Of a DNA stretch of 64,000 nucleotides, positions 12,401 to 24,779 are shown one piece after another (position 1 is the first letter of the stretch; each line of letters opens with the position of its first letter). Origin of the DNA: Marsupella aquatica (Eukaryota > Plantae > Marchantiophyta). The translations under genes were made by a program, and so were the position numbers. The notes beneath the pieces were generated by a model that saw nothing but the letters and a program-made list of their open reading frames with translations, did not search any database and was not told where the DNA came from. The DNA is taken from the NCBI GenBank assembly GCA_973895155.1, contig OZ316894.1, positions 20,714,451-20,778,450 of the forward strand, in the 5' to 3' direction.

Positions 12401-13483
12401 CGAAATGCTTGATCAATTCTACAACAGTGGACGCTGGCTTTAGAACATTCCTTGACCGACAGTACTTTTCAAAAGCTTGGTTCAGTGGGCCCGGGGGATC
12501 CAGCAGAGGCCACTGTCTTAAGGCAGTCAATATATTTACCTCAAGTTAAATCGTCCTACATAAACAAAAGAAAAACTCCGGTGTCCTTGAATGATTATTG
12601 TGAACAAGCAACGATCTCAAACCTTCAGCATGCTCAGGAGTAATCGATGACATCGAAATTAGAATTCCCAGAATTCCCAGACAGGAGCTGCAACATTGTG
12701 TATGTTCTACACATCGAAATCAACCACAGCTCGGTAATTCGATGTGATGTCTACTGTAAGTCTCGAAGGATGCTACCACGAGACAGACAGCATCCAAGAA
12801 AAGTAAAATCAGCTCGAATGTGGAATGAGTCTTACCAACATACATGCCTTTCCTTCCAAAAAAGGAAAACCTAATACAGTAGAGTAATGTAAACTCACAA
12901 CAAGACACGCCCCAGTTTCAGAAGATTCCGCACACAATCCGATGATAGTGGTAATGCCACAAAAAGGAGGCAGATGCTACTCCATTGTACGAACAACGAA
13001 TTTTGGACAACTCTCCTGCCTAGGTACCGCGATATTCTGAGAACACGTCTAAATGCTTCTCTATGGTAATATGATGACGGCCGCAACACTAAGCCAATAC
13101 CCATTCTGTGAGGTAATTCATCGAAAAATGTGTTTCTGTTTAAATTACAGTAAAAAAGGGGGTTGCAATGAATTTCTATTTCTTACTCCAGCCGAAAGGA
13201 TACATTTAAACGGGCACAAATGCAGACTAGTTTTCAACGTCCTGTCAGTCTCTAGTCTCTGTGAACAAAGTAGTCTGCCCACCCTACTCAGACAGTTCGC
13301 CAACAATTGAAGCTAAAAGTACAAGAACTTTCCGGCGATCACAAAAAATGCGCTGCAGAATTCTTTCAGCGACATAGATCACCAACTTGGCCGGCAGTTT
13401 CTCTCCAAACCTTTCTTCAATATCTTTCAGCGATACCTCGTTGCTCGTCCTACCTCCACTAAAAGGTTGCAGCATAATGTCTT

Positions 13484-16084
13484 TCAAAGGGTACTAGCAG
13501 CTGGGAAAGCCAGTTTCTTCTTATGGTCCGCGGAAGGCAGCTTCACTTTAGTTGCCAACCCTACGGCTTCCAACATTCTCACAATGTACCAAGTTGGATC
13601 TAGTTGCCACCACTCCAGACCATGGCGAGCGGAATACTCGAAGGCATGATGGTTATTATGCCAACCCTCTCCGAAAGCAAGCAAGGCAACCCACCTGACA
13701 GACAGAGGCATGATGTCAGCCAAAAGTAGCAGATAGCCTCTCCGACTCGCAGTTTCAATCCCTATTCCAGTCCTTAAGAAATACAGTCTGGAAAAAGTTC
13801 ATAAGTCTTCATCAAGAATGCACCTCGAAGTTGTCTGGTCTTAGCTACATGTAGACTAAACAAGCAGCAGATTACTTGAGAAAGAATTACACTCGTGTGA
13901 CAATTCCTTCAATTTGGTAGTATGGACTGCCCTAGCTTGACTATCATGGGCTAAATCATTGCTGAACTAAACAACTTAAGCTTCATCTAAAATACTTCAT
14001 CCCTCCACTAACATTTACATCCAAAAGTTCCAGCTTTATAACTTTACAATCTATATACCACACATCGCCTCTTCCACGCTCCGTCACTGTAGACTACTTG
14101 GAGACGAGATCTCAAACAAAATTCTAATGGAAGTTTAATAACACAAGCTAGGGCGTTGGGAACAGTTTAACAACACAAGCTAGCGCGTTGGGAACAACCG
14201 CTACATCTGCACACAAAAATTTGTGGCTACGGGTATTTCTAGCTCGACTGTTCAGACAATACTTAGACACTGCAACAAGAGGTAGATGCTTACCAGTTGT
14301 TCCTCGACAAGTCTCCAGTGTTCCAGCTTTGGTATCCCCAAACATGAGACGCCGAGTTCACGAACCACGTAATATGATAAACCCATACAGCCCTCACAGC
14401 CTGCACGACGGACAACGGTCGCAGAGTTATCAAAATGAAATGAAAAAATTTTCCTACCGTGAAGTGCAGTGCCAGAGTTTGTCCTCAAGAATTTCAAGCT
14501 CCAAACATGGGCCAGCCAGCACCCAACAGTAGTGGCACTCACCATTCCCCAGATGACATAGGATGGACCACCTAGAGCATACAGAGCGACTGCCATGGCG
14601 ATGGGGTGGAACGGATAGGTTTTTTGTATGAACTTGTAGAATGGATCTTTTTCCATATCGCCAACGTTAGCACGGGCTCCTACCTGATGGTGCAACAAGC
14701 CCACACAGCATCAGATTAATAATCCATAGTGGAGGCGACGAGCCAGCGACTAGGGTATACTTTCAACGGTCCAGAAGACTCCAGCAGACCAGCTGAAACA
14801 TGTCGTGCATATCGCAAGTGGAACCTGACAGGTAGCCGAGCCAAACAGATAGACTTCTCACTCTGGCTTCAGTTAACTGGTCGTCCAATAGCCATCCCAT
14901 GTGGCTATGCCAAAATCCTTCGTAAGGCGTATGTGGATCATTTTCCGTATCACAGAACTGATGATGGTAGCGGTGTGAGCTAACCCACTCGATTGGGTCA
15001 CCCTAAATACACAAGGCACAGACCACGAATTAGTCACCAATAACGGTACGCGTACAAAACAGGGTCTGTTCTCAAAAACCTGCACTCAAATAATGACCGA
15101 CATGTTCCATGCCCGAGATATCAATTCAACACAACCGTCATTTATACCCCACAGCCGACCAACTCATTGATAGGGCCACGAACGAGATGTTGGCAGAAAT
15201 AGATGCAACAACTGGGCGAATAACTCAGGGCTCGAGTAACACAAAGCAAAATTGCAGGGACAATGGACACGCTACACAGAACAATCCTTCTTGGTGATGT
15301 AGTAAAAACCCAGCATTTAGAACGAGCGCGTAAAAAATCTCGGCCACAAGAAGCGTACCTGGACAGCTTGCACACCACAATAGGCGAATGTATATTCTAA
15401 CCACTTCGGAAGCTTGAAACTCTTGTGCGAGAGATTCCTGTGGAACGAGAGAGTAATGCCGAGACACCCTGTGATAAGATACAAGATACCGAATACTCCG
15501 AAAGCACTCCACGAGAAGGTGAAGGGAGCAGCGAGGCAGAGACCGTGCATAACCAACATGTAAACTGCATACGTAATGTCCTTCGACGTCCATTTCCTGT
15601 TTAAAAAGTATGGCCTTTTCCTCTTTGGTACGACATCGGAGAACCAGATGTTTCGAGCTCCGCTGCCTTCCAACGCTGTTGCCGCTGAAGCTGATGAAGA
15701 CGAAGCCTCCTCCACAATGCAAACTGGACCGCGCCGCACAGACCCGTGATTCTGTCCTATGGCCCTAGAAGAAATGGATGGACCACACCTCAGAGGAGCT
15801 CCAACAAGCAACTCCGTTTTCAATTGACCGATCCTCCTCTCCGACGATAAACCCTGCGTTGCCATAAATATTCTACAGCTCCTCGTTTTCGTCGTCGCTC
15901 TGAGGGACAATAAACCACTCCCGTCCTGGAGCGATGGACAGGCCGCGGTGCTCCTCCTGTTCAAGCTTTGCAGCTGAGGATTTTCCACAGTAACGCAAGC
16001 GGACTGCACAAATCTTCCGGCTCCATGAACGCCCAATGCCGATGGGGCTCCCACAACCGCTGCTGCCACCCCGGGGATCGTCAT
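13484..16084 (-). CDS. FAD5: Plastid acyl-lipid desaturase, ADS/FAD5-like (palmitoyl-MGDG delta7 type). Exons 16084-15359, 15002-14862, 14683-14543, 14400-14294, 13694-13484
   Basis: Three His boxes (HRNLSH, HRYHH, HNNHH). Motifs GDPIEWVSSHR, WFVNSASHVWG, FGEGWHNNHHAFEYSARHGLEWWQLD. Phase-compatible GT-AG introns and a long Ser/Arg-rich transit-like N-terminus. The start codon is a best guess. Confidence 0.92.
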
Positions 16085-19000
16085 GGCGTCTCCCGCTCCC
16101 GTCCGAATACACGAATGTCCCTTCCCCTCTTCTTCTGCAGAGAGAGAGCTCGCCAATGCCTGCTCGCTCGTCCTCTATACTACTCCAAGAGGAGAACGAT
16201 CGACAATGGCGCACATTCTCGCTCTCTCCAGAGCTGAAGAGCGGAAGAGCGGAAGAACTCTGTGGTACAACCGAAGATGGCTACAACAGCGACTCTAAAT
16301 TGGTTCGGGCGAAGAGAAGAAGTCACTGCCACTCCCTCTCCTCGCTTCCACTTTCCCACTCATCACACCGTCCGAAGACTGAGGACAGATGGAGCGAGCG
16401 AGCGAGTGACAGAATGATCTTGTACAACTTTACCAGGGTTATCTGTCACCGTTGGAAGCCCTCGAGCGAACAGATGACAGGTATCCTTTCTAACCAAGGG
16501 TGGTTACACACTGTACTCGTCAATCGTTCCTGACTCCGTGATAATTTTCCGTTAGGTCTGCTGATCTGCGCTCACCTCTTCATTCGACCTGATGTGCGCG
16601 AGAATTAATGTCCTGTCCTCTGGGTTTATGAAGGTTTTGGTCCTGATTGGACCGAGACCGACCGATCAGTGATGTAAACTATGGTCTATCTTTCTCCACA
16701 GTCCACACCATTATTTCGCGCGAGGACGGTCAGCGAGAGGTTAAATTAATGTTTATCGCAACTGTCTCAATATCAGACCTTCTCTCAAGTACGTACCACC
16801 TACTTAGAGTACCAACCCTTGGCACGTTGCTCTGTCCACGACGACCAGGGTATAATTGTGGGCGAAAGGGGAAGAAGGCGCTGGGACAAATTGGCTGACT
16901 TGATTTGATTTCTTCCGAGTTGCGGTGATGATGACCTCGTGGCCTTGCCAGCGGCAACCACAGAGGTCGAGCGGATCACGGACGATGACTTCAAAGGTTG
17001 GTCAGATTGGTAAGGAGAGGAAGAACCGCGGACCACACTGCGGATTGTTCGAAAAGGAAAACAGAGCTATGCCCTAGAGCCTAGGCACTGGACAATCCCG
17101 TAAATGTCTACGCATTGGCTGACCTATACCCTTCCTCATCAGTTTCTCACCGCTAATCGAAACAGCCACGAGAGAGCAGAATTTCCCGGGATCGATGTCG
17201 ACCTATCATGGAAGCGACACCGACTGAGTACCCCACGAATGGAGCTTAGTCTATGTCCTCGAAAGGCGGGAGAGCTATGGAGAATTGACATCGTCATCGC
17301 CATGAAAGAATACCGTAAGCAGGTCAACTTCTCTACACGCCTACTGTAGCTTACTAACGTCGTGGTGACCAGACTCCTAACCACGGTCAGAGCAGGACAA
17401 CAGGGCAGTTTCTCCTCAGTTAATATGTTGACTCTGGTGTCAGGTTGTTGTGGTCAATATTTGGACTCTGTGGGTTAACTTCAAGAGTGAGCAACTACGG
17501 CGCAAGGCATTCAACTACAGTACGGGACTTGCACTTACTCATCTCTGGAGAATTACATAAAAATGATTGTAACGGTTACATGCAAAGGTTATACAAATCT
17601 ATTTATCTATTCTGTAAGATAAAATTAAAAACTATAGCAAAGCCATGTTTCGTACCTACTCCTAACCACTCTGAGCTCTCGACTAAACCAGATGCTGTGG
17701 AGCAATGTTCCATTTTGTGTGAGAATTTTGGTGGATGGGCTTGCAAAAAAGGTTCCAAAAAGTTGTAGTGACTTCTTTGCCATATTCAATAGTCCAGATC
17801 TGACTATACATAGATCTAACAGTGATCTTCAACTCGACTACAAAACATTTGCTCAGCAGAGGTTTCTCCACCAGTCAAACTGCCACCTGCCCGCAATAAA
17901 CAGGGAAACGCCATTACGCCACCGATGAGGTGTTTCTCCGAGGTATTCTATGTTGCGAATAAACAGGGGATTTTGATAGCGAGGAGAGTTTGATAGCTAG
18001 ACAATAATGGCTCCAAATTTCAGTTACTTTTTGGTGCCTTTACATTTTTGGTGTTTTTTAAAGGCTGCAGATGGCTAGCGAGCTCGCTAGCAAAAAGGGA
18101 GTCCCCAAAAGGGATGTTACCAACCAGGTAGTTGATAGGGAGGCAGTTGCATGTAGAAAAATAGGGGGTCATGCAGGAATTTTTTTTGCTCGTGCGAAAA
18201 AAAATTTTACTGTTTGCTCGCACATTACAATTACCAGTGTTTCTCCTCAGTTGTGTGTTTAACTCTAGTTTCAGTGTGTTGTGGTCAAAATCTAGTCTCA
18301 CCAATGGAAACAGCGGTGGCGGCACTTCAAGAGTGAGCAACTACCATTCTGAACCCTTCAACCACAGTACTGTACTTGTACCTCTTCATCTCTAGAGTGA
18401 AAGCCAACATGTTTGACTGTGGGGCTGAGGGAGAAGAGAGGGCACAAGTCATCCTGGTGGGAGCTGGGAGCCATCTATCGAACCACTATAATAAACAATC
18501 TTGCCAAAAAAAAAGGGGCAAGAACTGCTTTCAAAGAAAGTAGCCTGCATGTACATTCTTTGAATATAAATAGAAACTATGGTAAAAATCATGTATGATC
18601 AGCATTTGACATATATGATATCCATGAATCTTTGCATCCACTTGGTGGACCATAGAGTTACAGAGATTTCACTCTAAAAGCTTACACCCCAACTCTAGTT
18701 TGAAGTTGCGCATTGTAAGTAAGATTGTGGGCAGGATTACATGTAAACCCAGATTCCCAAATAATTGAATGATGCCCATACTGGACCATGCACTTCATGC
18801 AGGGGCCATTCATGGCAAGTGTCCTATACAAGGGCACGGCATATGAGGTGAAAGGTCTGTCATGTGATGCCAACTATCCAGTAACTACACATCAAAAAGC
18901 AATAATTGGATATGTAGATTGTGATATAACAACCAATTGAGTTTATTGTGGTATGGAATATCCATCCAATTTGTGGGCACATGTCACATGACACAGTACA

Positions 19001-19659
19001 ATAAATGCTGCTACATTCGGAAAATATGTCACCATAGGCAGAACAAATTTTTATGTGGTTTTCATATGTTGAAACATAACTTGTGCAGAGTTTTCTCCCA
19101 TAGTTGTCAATAATATGTGCAGCTGCAATGACCAGCTCTCCACGCTTAACATCTATGGCAACATCGGAGCATAAACATGAGCAAAAACCAGCAGAAACTA
19201 CAATTAGCCTAGGCCAAGTGCAGTTTTTTGTATAGAGAAAAAGCCTCCTCATCCATTAAGTTCTTCCGTCGATGTGTTCTTTAGGGGGGGGGGGGGGGGG
19301 GGGGGGGGGTCTGGGGGGCTCTATTGCAGTACAAGGCATAGGCATGCAATATTCTTTGGAAGGCTTCATTCAGGTTGTTCGCATTCATTGAAATGCATTT
19401 GAAAAGATTCTTATGAGATCTATCTTTAGACCAAGCCATGGCCCTCCAATTTCCTTTCGTGAAAAATAAATCACAAATGCAGCCTCTGCCTGTAAAGTCA
19501 CCGTCACTTTTAAAAAGGTTTTATCTATTCTTGTATTCATATCACATTGTGATGCGAAAGCATGACACGTCGCAGATAGAACAATAATGAACTATTATCA
19601 ATCTGGGATACCGTGTCCAGCGAATATGGAATTTTCCACACTAAAGGTGACGGCAACGG

Positions 19660-20150
19660 TAAACCTTTGAGCCTTGTTGTGCTTTTTCAGGCCTTCTGAG
19701 TTCTGGCTATAAAGATGGAGCACATCAGCATGATGATCTTCTCGTCGCTCAATCCGATGTGCTAATTTTCAATTTCATGAGTAAATGCGTAAACCTGTAA
19801 GCCTTGGCTTTCCTTTTCAAGGCCTTCTGACTGAAAAAACAGAGCATATCATCTCTCAATCAATGTGCAAGTTTCAATTCCATGAAATAATGCGTATTTC
19901 TGTAAGCCTTGATTTTTTTTCTGGCCGTCTGACTGTAACGATGACGCGCATCAGCATATACGTCCTCATTCATCTCTCCGAGCTAATTTCAACTCCATGA
20001 AAAAAATTGCGTTAACCTGTTTGCCTCGGCGTTCTCGCTGTAAAGATGAAGCGCAATCATCTTCCTTCGTCTCTCAATGTGGTCATTTCAATTCCTTGAA
20101 GAAATGAGTAAGTCTGTAAGATTTACCGTTCGTTTTAAGGCCTTCTAACT
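19660..20150. repeat. Degenerate ~110-bp tandem repeat (4-5 units)
   Basis: Recurring TTCAATT(T/C)CATGA..AATGCGT..CTGTAAGCCTTG..GGCCTTCTGAC. Confidence 0.55.
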
Positions 20151-20389
20151 GTAATCATCATGCAGAATTCATTGTAGATTATTATCTCCGAATCCCAGGC
20201 AGCCGAAAAGCAAATGGTGGCACAGGAGGCTGCAAACAAAACGACGAGGCTTTACCAAATCCAGACCGAAACAATCCAGAGAATCCAAACACGCGGACTT
20301 GGGAACCACTCAAACGGGTGGTCTCTGTTTGGGTCATGTGTCCGTGGAGAGAACGAACTCACTCAAAATCTATGCTCTGTAGTGAAAGC

Positions 20390-20588
20390 GCTGACGTGTA
20401 ACCACTTGCAAATGAGTGTATTCAATTTACGTTCTAAGTCATTGACGTTGCAAGCACTTGTAAATGAGTGTATCCAATTTATGTTCTGTAATAATAGCAC
20501 TGACGTGTAAGATCTTGCAAATGAGTGTATCCACTTTACGTACTCCATGATAGCACTGACGTGTAAGCACTTGTAATGCGTGTATCAG
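20390..20588. repeat. Four ~55-bp tandem units each with TGACGT
   Basis: (C/T)TGACGTGTAA..CACTTG(C/T)AAATGAGTGTAT occurs four times with variation. Confidence 0.75.
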
Positions 20589-21897
20589 TAATCTCCACTC
20601 CTCAGTAATCTCCAGGAGTGGACAACTAACTTGCTCCCGATTTTTAGGACTACCGTGGTAGTAACCTGGCTTGCTCGAATAATAAACCAAACCCTCGTGA
20701 CCAAAAGCTATGGGGTCAGAATATGCTAAACTAATATCTAGAGTTCAAACAGTTGACAATACTTTTTGGAACCATTTTTGGGCCCCCTTCACAATACTGG
20801 TTGGAATAAATAATAAACAGACATGTTACAGAATGGGGTCACAACAGATAATTTGATATCTAGATTTCATCATGTTTTGACGATACGTTTCTACATTAAG
20901 TTCTGGGACAACTTATGGGCCTCCATCACAATAGTGAAGTCAAACTTCAGCCAACAAATTTTAAAAATTGGTGCCCTCAACCAAAAATAGTACCTCCCAA
21001 ATTGGGTGGGCTGGAATAATATTTGGGCAGTTAGTGAAAATGGGAAGGAAATTAACTTACCGATGTGGTAGCCTGATTTGTTTGAGTCAAAATGCCTGGA
21101 AAGTAGGGTTTTCTTTGGAATAGGCAGAAAACACATCTTCAGGCCACATGTGAACAAAATATTATTAATAAATTGCAACAAGAAATTAGAGTTGGGGTAT
21201 AGGCTTCTAAAGTGAAACCTATAGACCATAACTCTAGGGCCTGTCCCAATTTATGTGCATGGAAAGAACCATGAGATGTAATGTATGATAGTATGATATT
21301 CATGCATGATATGTCATCATCTCTATAACAAAGAATGGGCATTAATATTCTTTGAGAGGTATTCAGGCTAGTAGTTGAAAAGGTAGTAGCCTGCGAAAAC
21401 TTCTTGGTTGGGGAAAGTTTTACTAGCCAAAGTCAAATAACTTGTCATGGTTAAGAATGGGGACCCAGGTCCATCGTTCCTGCAGAGTACATGTGTATAT
21501 CCATTGGTAGCAAGAAAAAATATAATTATTAAGTCTAGTTGGAATGCTGGAATCAGAAGCCCAGATGGACAGAGCTTGTGAACCATGTAATCCCCATTGA
21601 CAGGGACACTTTTCACGCTCTCACTTGCTCTCACTTCTACAAGTTTTGCAAAATCAGACTTTGTCACGTAATATGCAACTGAACTGCTGTTTTTGCTTTC
21701 ATTACTAGCGGCTTGAAAGATCCTTTCATCTAGTCTAATATCACTAACTTTTCATTAAGAATAAGGATATCTAACAATTCGCAAAAACTTCCCCGTCACT
21801 CACCGTACACATTCCTGCTTGCAAAAGATCTTTCTGAGCGAACGTAGACCTTCAATTTCTGCCTTGTTATGTAGCGGATAATTACTAACACGCTGAC

Positions 21898-21936
21898 CGA
21901 CCAAACGAGAAGTGTGACGACCAAACGAGAAGTGTG
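21898..21936 (+). repeat. Left subterminal tandem copies of the terminal motif
   Basis: CGACCAAACGAGAAGTGTG twice with a 20-bp period. Confidence 0.9.
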
Positions 21937-22494
21937 TTTGATTTTTGCAAAAAAGGGCAAAAAATATCTTAAATTGATATCAAAAACACAAATTCTTAGA
22001 TGAATGCAAAATTGGATCCAACATCGAATTCCAAATTGAGATACTTTTTGACAAAAAATGGAAAATCATTAAAATCTTGGATTTTAGAACAATTGATCCC
22101 AAAAATATTTGTCAAACAGAAAACCCATAAAACAATGATTTTCAAGTCCTATTTCCGCGCACTAAATCAATTCGCCCGGAAAAACTTGAATAACACAAAT
22201 CTCCATTTGACAAGCAAATCATTCAAACCAAAATGGGATACGCCGTATCCCGTTTCAGATTCATCCGTTGAAAATCAAACAAAAACACGCTAAGTTGATC
22301 ATTTGGGGCCTTTAGTTACCATACCGGGTAAACTAGATTTGAATGTTTACCAAAGGTAAAACGACGTACTGCATAAACTTTACTAGCGACCACGGTCGAC
22401 CAACGCAGTCAGTTAAGTTAACTCAAGCAGATGGTTGGACATATTGTAGACCGTTTATTTCCCAACCGCCAACCTCCATCTAACAAATTAGAGA

Positions 22495-22700
22495 TATGAA
22501 TACCAACAGGGATCCATGGATCCCATTTTATTTCCCAAGTCCAAAAAGAACTCAGCCAAAAGTTGGGGTTTAGGGTTTAGGGTTTCGGGGTTCAGGGATC
22601 CACGGATCCCATTTGGTATTCACCCTTCCAAATTTGCCATTGTCGAACCCCCGCGTCGCTAAATTAACGTTTGAATACCAATCGGGATCCATGGATCCCA
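22495..22700. repeat. Promoter array of GGGATCC-NN-GGATCCC palindromes (cores at 22509, 22595, 22684)
   Basis: Three 16-bp palindromes spaced 86 and 89 bp, upstream of a G-box (22803) and a TATA box (22828). TTTAGGG repeats lie between units 1 and 2. Confidence 0.9.
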
Positions 22701-22983
22701 TTGTCCGATCCAACTCAAGAAACAAACAATTTTGGAATACTCTTTTCTCTCAAAGATCACTTTTCTTCTCGTTTAAAGATTTGTACGGACCAATGAATGG
22801 AAGCCACGTGGACACATTCCCAAAAACTATATAAGAACAAGCTTGCATATGATTTTGTCTTCAGTTTTTACGACTCATTTTAGGTTCTCAAATAGTGAGT
22901 CTCTATTTTCCTAGATTGGAGTCACCAGAACATTCCACTCCCCATAGGAATCCTTAGTCTTATAGAACCTTGATACTATCTCA

Positions 22984-24093
22984 ATGGCGTCTTCAGGTGA
23001 CGAGTCTATTTACAGTTCTAATGCATCTTTGCCAGATGTTGTTCGCAAATTCATTCCATCTCGTTTGATGAAGGAGCTTCCAGTTTCACAAAGAGTTTTG
23101 CCAGAGATGTCATTTTCATTAGATTCAGAGAGTTCAGGGTCTGATTCCGAGTCTGGGAGAAGTGTTGTTAGAGCTCCAACATCTTATTATGTTTCTCCAA
23201 GTAAACCACTTAAACGACGTTTGCTTGGGAGAAAGTCCACTGTCATACCCTTAGGTCAGACTAGTTCACCGCAAACCCCTCTAGATGCACCCAAACGTCG
23301 GCCTCGGTTTCTAATGCCAAGAACAATGTTGCCATGTAGGCCCGCCAAGAGATCTCCACTAGTTTTCCCGATGTCGCGTCCTCCTGGAGTCCAGATAGCT
23401 TTGTCTAGTGTGCAATCGCAGTTTGAGCGAATGAGAAGTTTGACGGTGCTAGAAGTGCCGGCCGCACGAAGAATATCCAGAGGGATCCCTACTCGAAGTT
23501 TGCGGAATGGAGAGCGTGAATTGCCAATTTCATCTCCTTCGCTACCAAATTCCATTAGTGGAATACCAAGTGGGATCCGTGGATCCCATTTGGTATTCCC
23601 TCCTGGAATTTTACTAAATGGCGAGCCAGAATTGCAAATCGGGCAACCTTCGCCTACTGATTTGGTGGGAGGAATGCAAAATGGGATCCGTGGATCCCAC
23701 TTGGTATCCCCTCCTGGAATTTTACCAAATGGTGAGCCCGAAATGCAAAGCGGACAACCATTGCCTGCTGATTTGGGGAGAGGAATGCGGAAGGGGATAC
23801 GTGGATCCCACTTGGTATCCCCTCCTGGAATTTTACCAAATGTTGAGCCCGAATTGCGAAGCAGTCAAATTTCGTTAGTCGCTTTGGGCGGAGGAATGAG
23901 ACAGGGGATCCGTGGATCCCACTTTGTTTTACACAATGGAAAATTGTCAAGCGTTGCCATAGAACCACAAGTGGGGCAGCTCTCACTTCGAAGTCCAAGT
24001 GGACGAATACGAGTTGGGATCCACGGATCCCATTCCGTGTTCCCATCGATGATTTCGCCTAGTGGTCAATCAAACGTCAACTTTGGGCTTTGA
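22984..24093 (+). CDS. Transposon ORF, Ser/Pro-rich, with five 37-aa GIRGSH repeats (possibly the N-terminal part of the transposase gene)
   Basis: 369-aa ORF after a TATA box. 111-bp repeat units with palindrome cores at 23572, 23683, 23794, 23905 and 24016. Confidence 0.55.
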   Translation: MASSGDESIYSSNASLPDVVRKFIPSRLMKELPVSQRVLPEMSFSLDSESSGSDSESGRSVVRAPTSYYVSPSKPLKRRLLGRKSTVIPLGQTSSPQTPLDAPKRRPRFLMPRTMLPCRPAKRSPLVFPMSRPPGVQIALSSVQSQFERMRSLTVLEVPAARRISRGIPTRSLRNGERELPISSPSLPNSISGIPSGIRGSHLVFPPGILLNGEPELQIGQPSPTDLVGGMQNGIRGSHLVSPPGILPNGEPEMQSGQPLPADLGRGMRKGIRGSHLVSPPGILPNVEPELRSSQISLVALGGGMRQGIRGSHFVLHNGKLSSVAIEPQVGQLSLRSPSGRIRVGIHGSHSVFPSMISPSGQSNVNFGL

Positions 24094-24779
24094 AGCCCTT
24101 TGGCTCGAATGCAGTGTGAGGTTGCTGGATCTTTGGTAGGACGACCACTTCAAAAGGGAGGAAGGAGATCAAGTGTCACAAATGCTGCATTTGTCCATCA
24201 AATTCCTCACAGATTGTTGCAAAGTGCGTTGCCACAAACTTGCCTAGAAAATTCAAGGCTAGTTTAAGAAAAATTGAAGGTTGTTCAGAGACTATTCAAT
24301 GGTTAGGATGATCCACCTAGTCAAGAGACACCAAGGCAAGGAGTACATTCTTAGAGACAAGTGGGGAATACTCTTGTAGAAGCAAGGAATATCGGTAGAA
24401 GATTTCAGAGAAGAAATCTTTGGGTACCAATTTCTTTTCCAGAAGAATTTGAAGAAGAATCGGAGGTACCAGCCGATGCCGTAGAGGATGCCATAGGGAC
24501 TGTTGAAATCTCAAATATTATTAAAGAGATCCTTGGTCGCGAGAGTGCTCACGAACCAGTCTTAGAAAATGTAGAGAGTGAAAGTAATACCGGAGAAGAT
24601 CAATACTTTTGTTTTAAGTTCAATGAGTCCCATGGAAAGTAGTGGAGGAGTGAATTCTCCCAACACAATACAGGATAGAGTAGAGGTGAGAAGACCAAGC
24701 AAAAAAATTAGAGACAAGATGATTCGAAAAGATAGGCTTATAATACGAACTTGAAAAATAAAAAATTAAAGATATTTTT

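Noticed and set aside
17400-18345. Diverged ~100-bp direct repeat ending CTTCAAGAGTGAGCAACTAC considered as LTRs
   Set aside because: No TG..CA ends, PBS, PPT or TSD. Probably old TE fragments.
19283-19309. Long poly-G run (another near 52587)
   Set aside because: Simple homopolymer with possibly unreliable length and no further structure.
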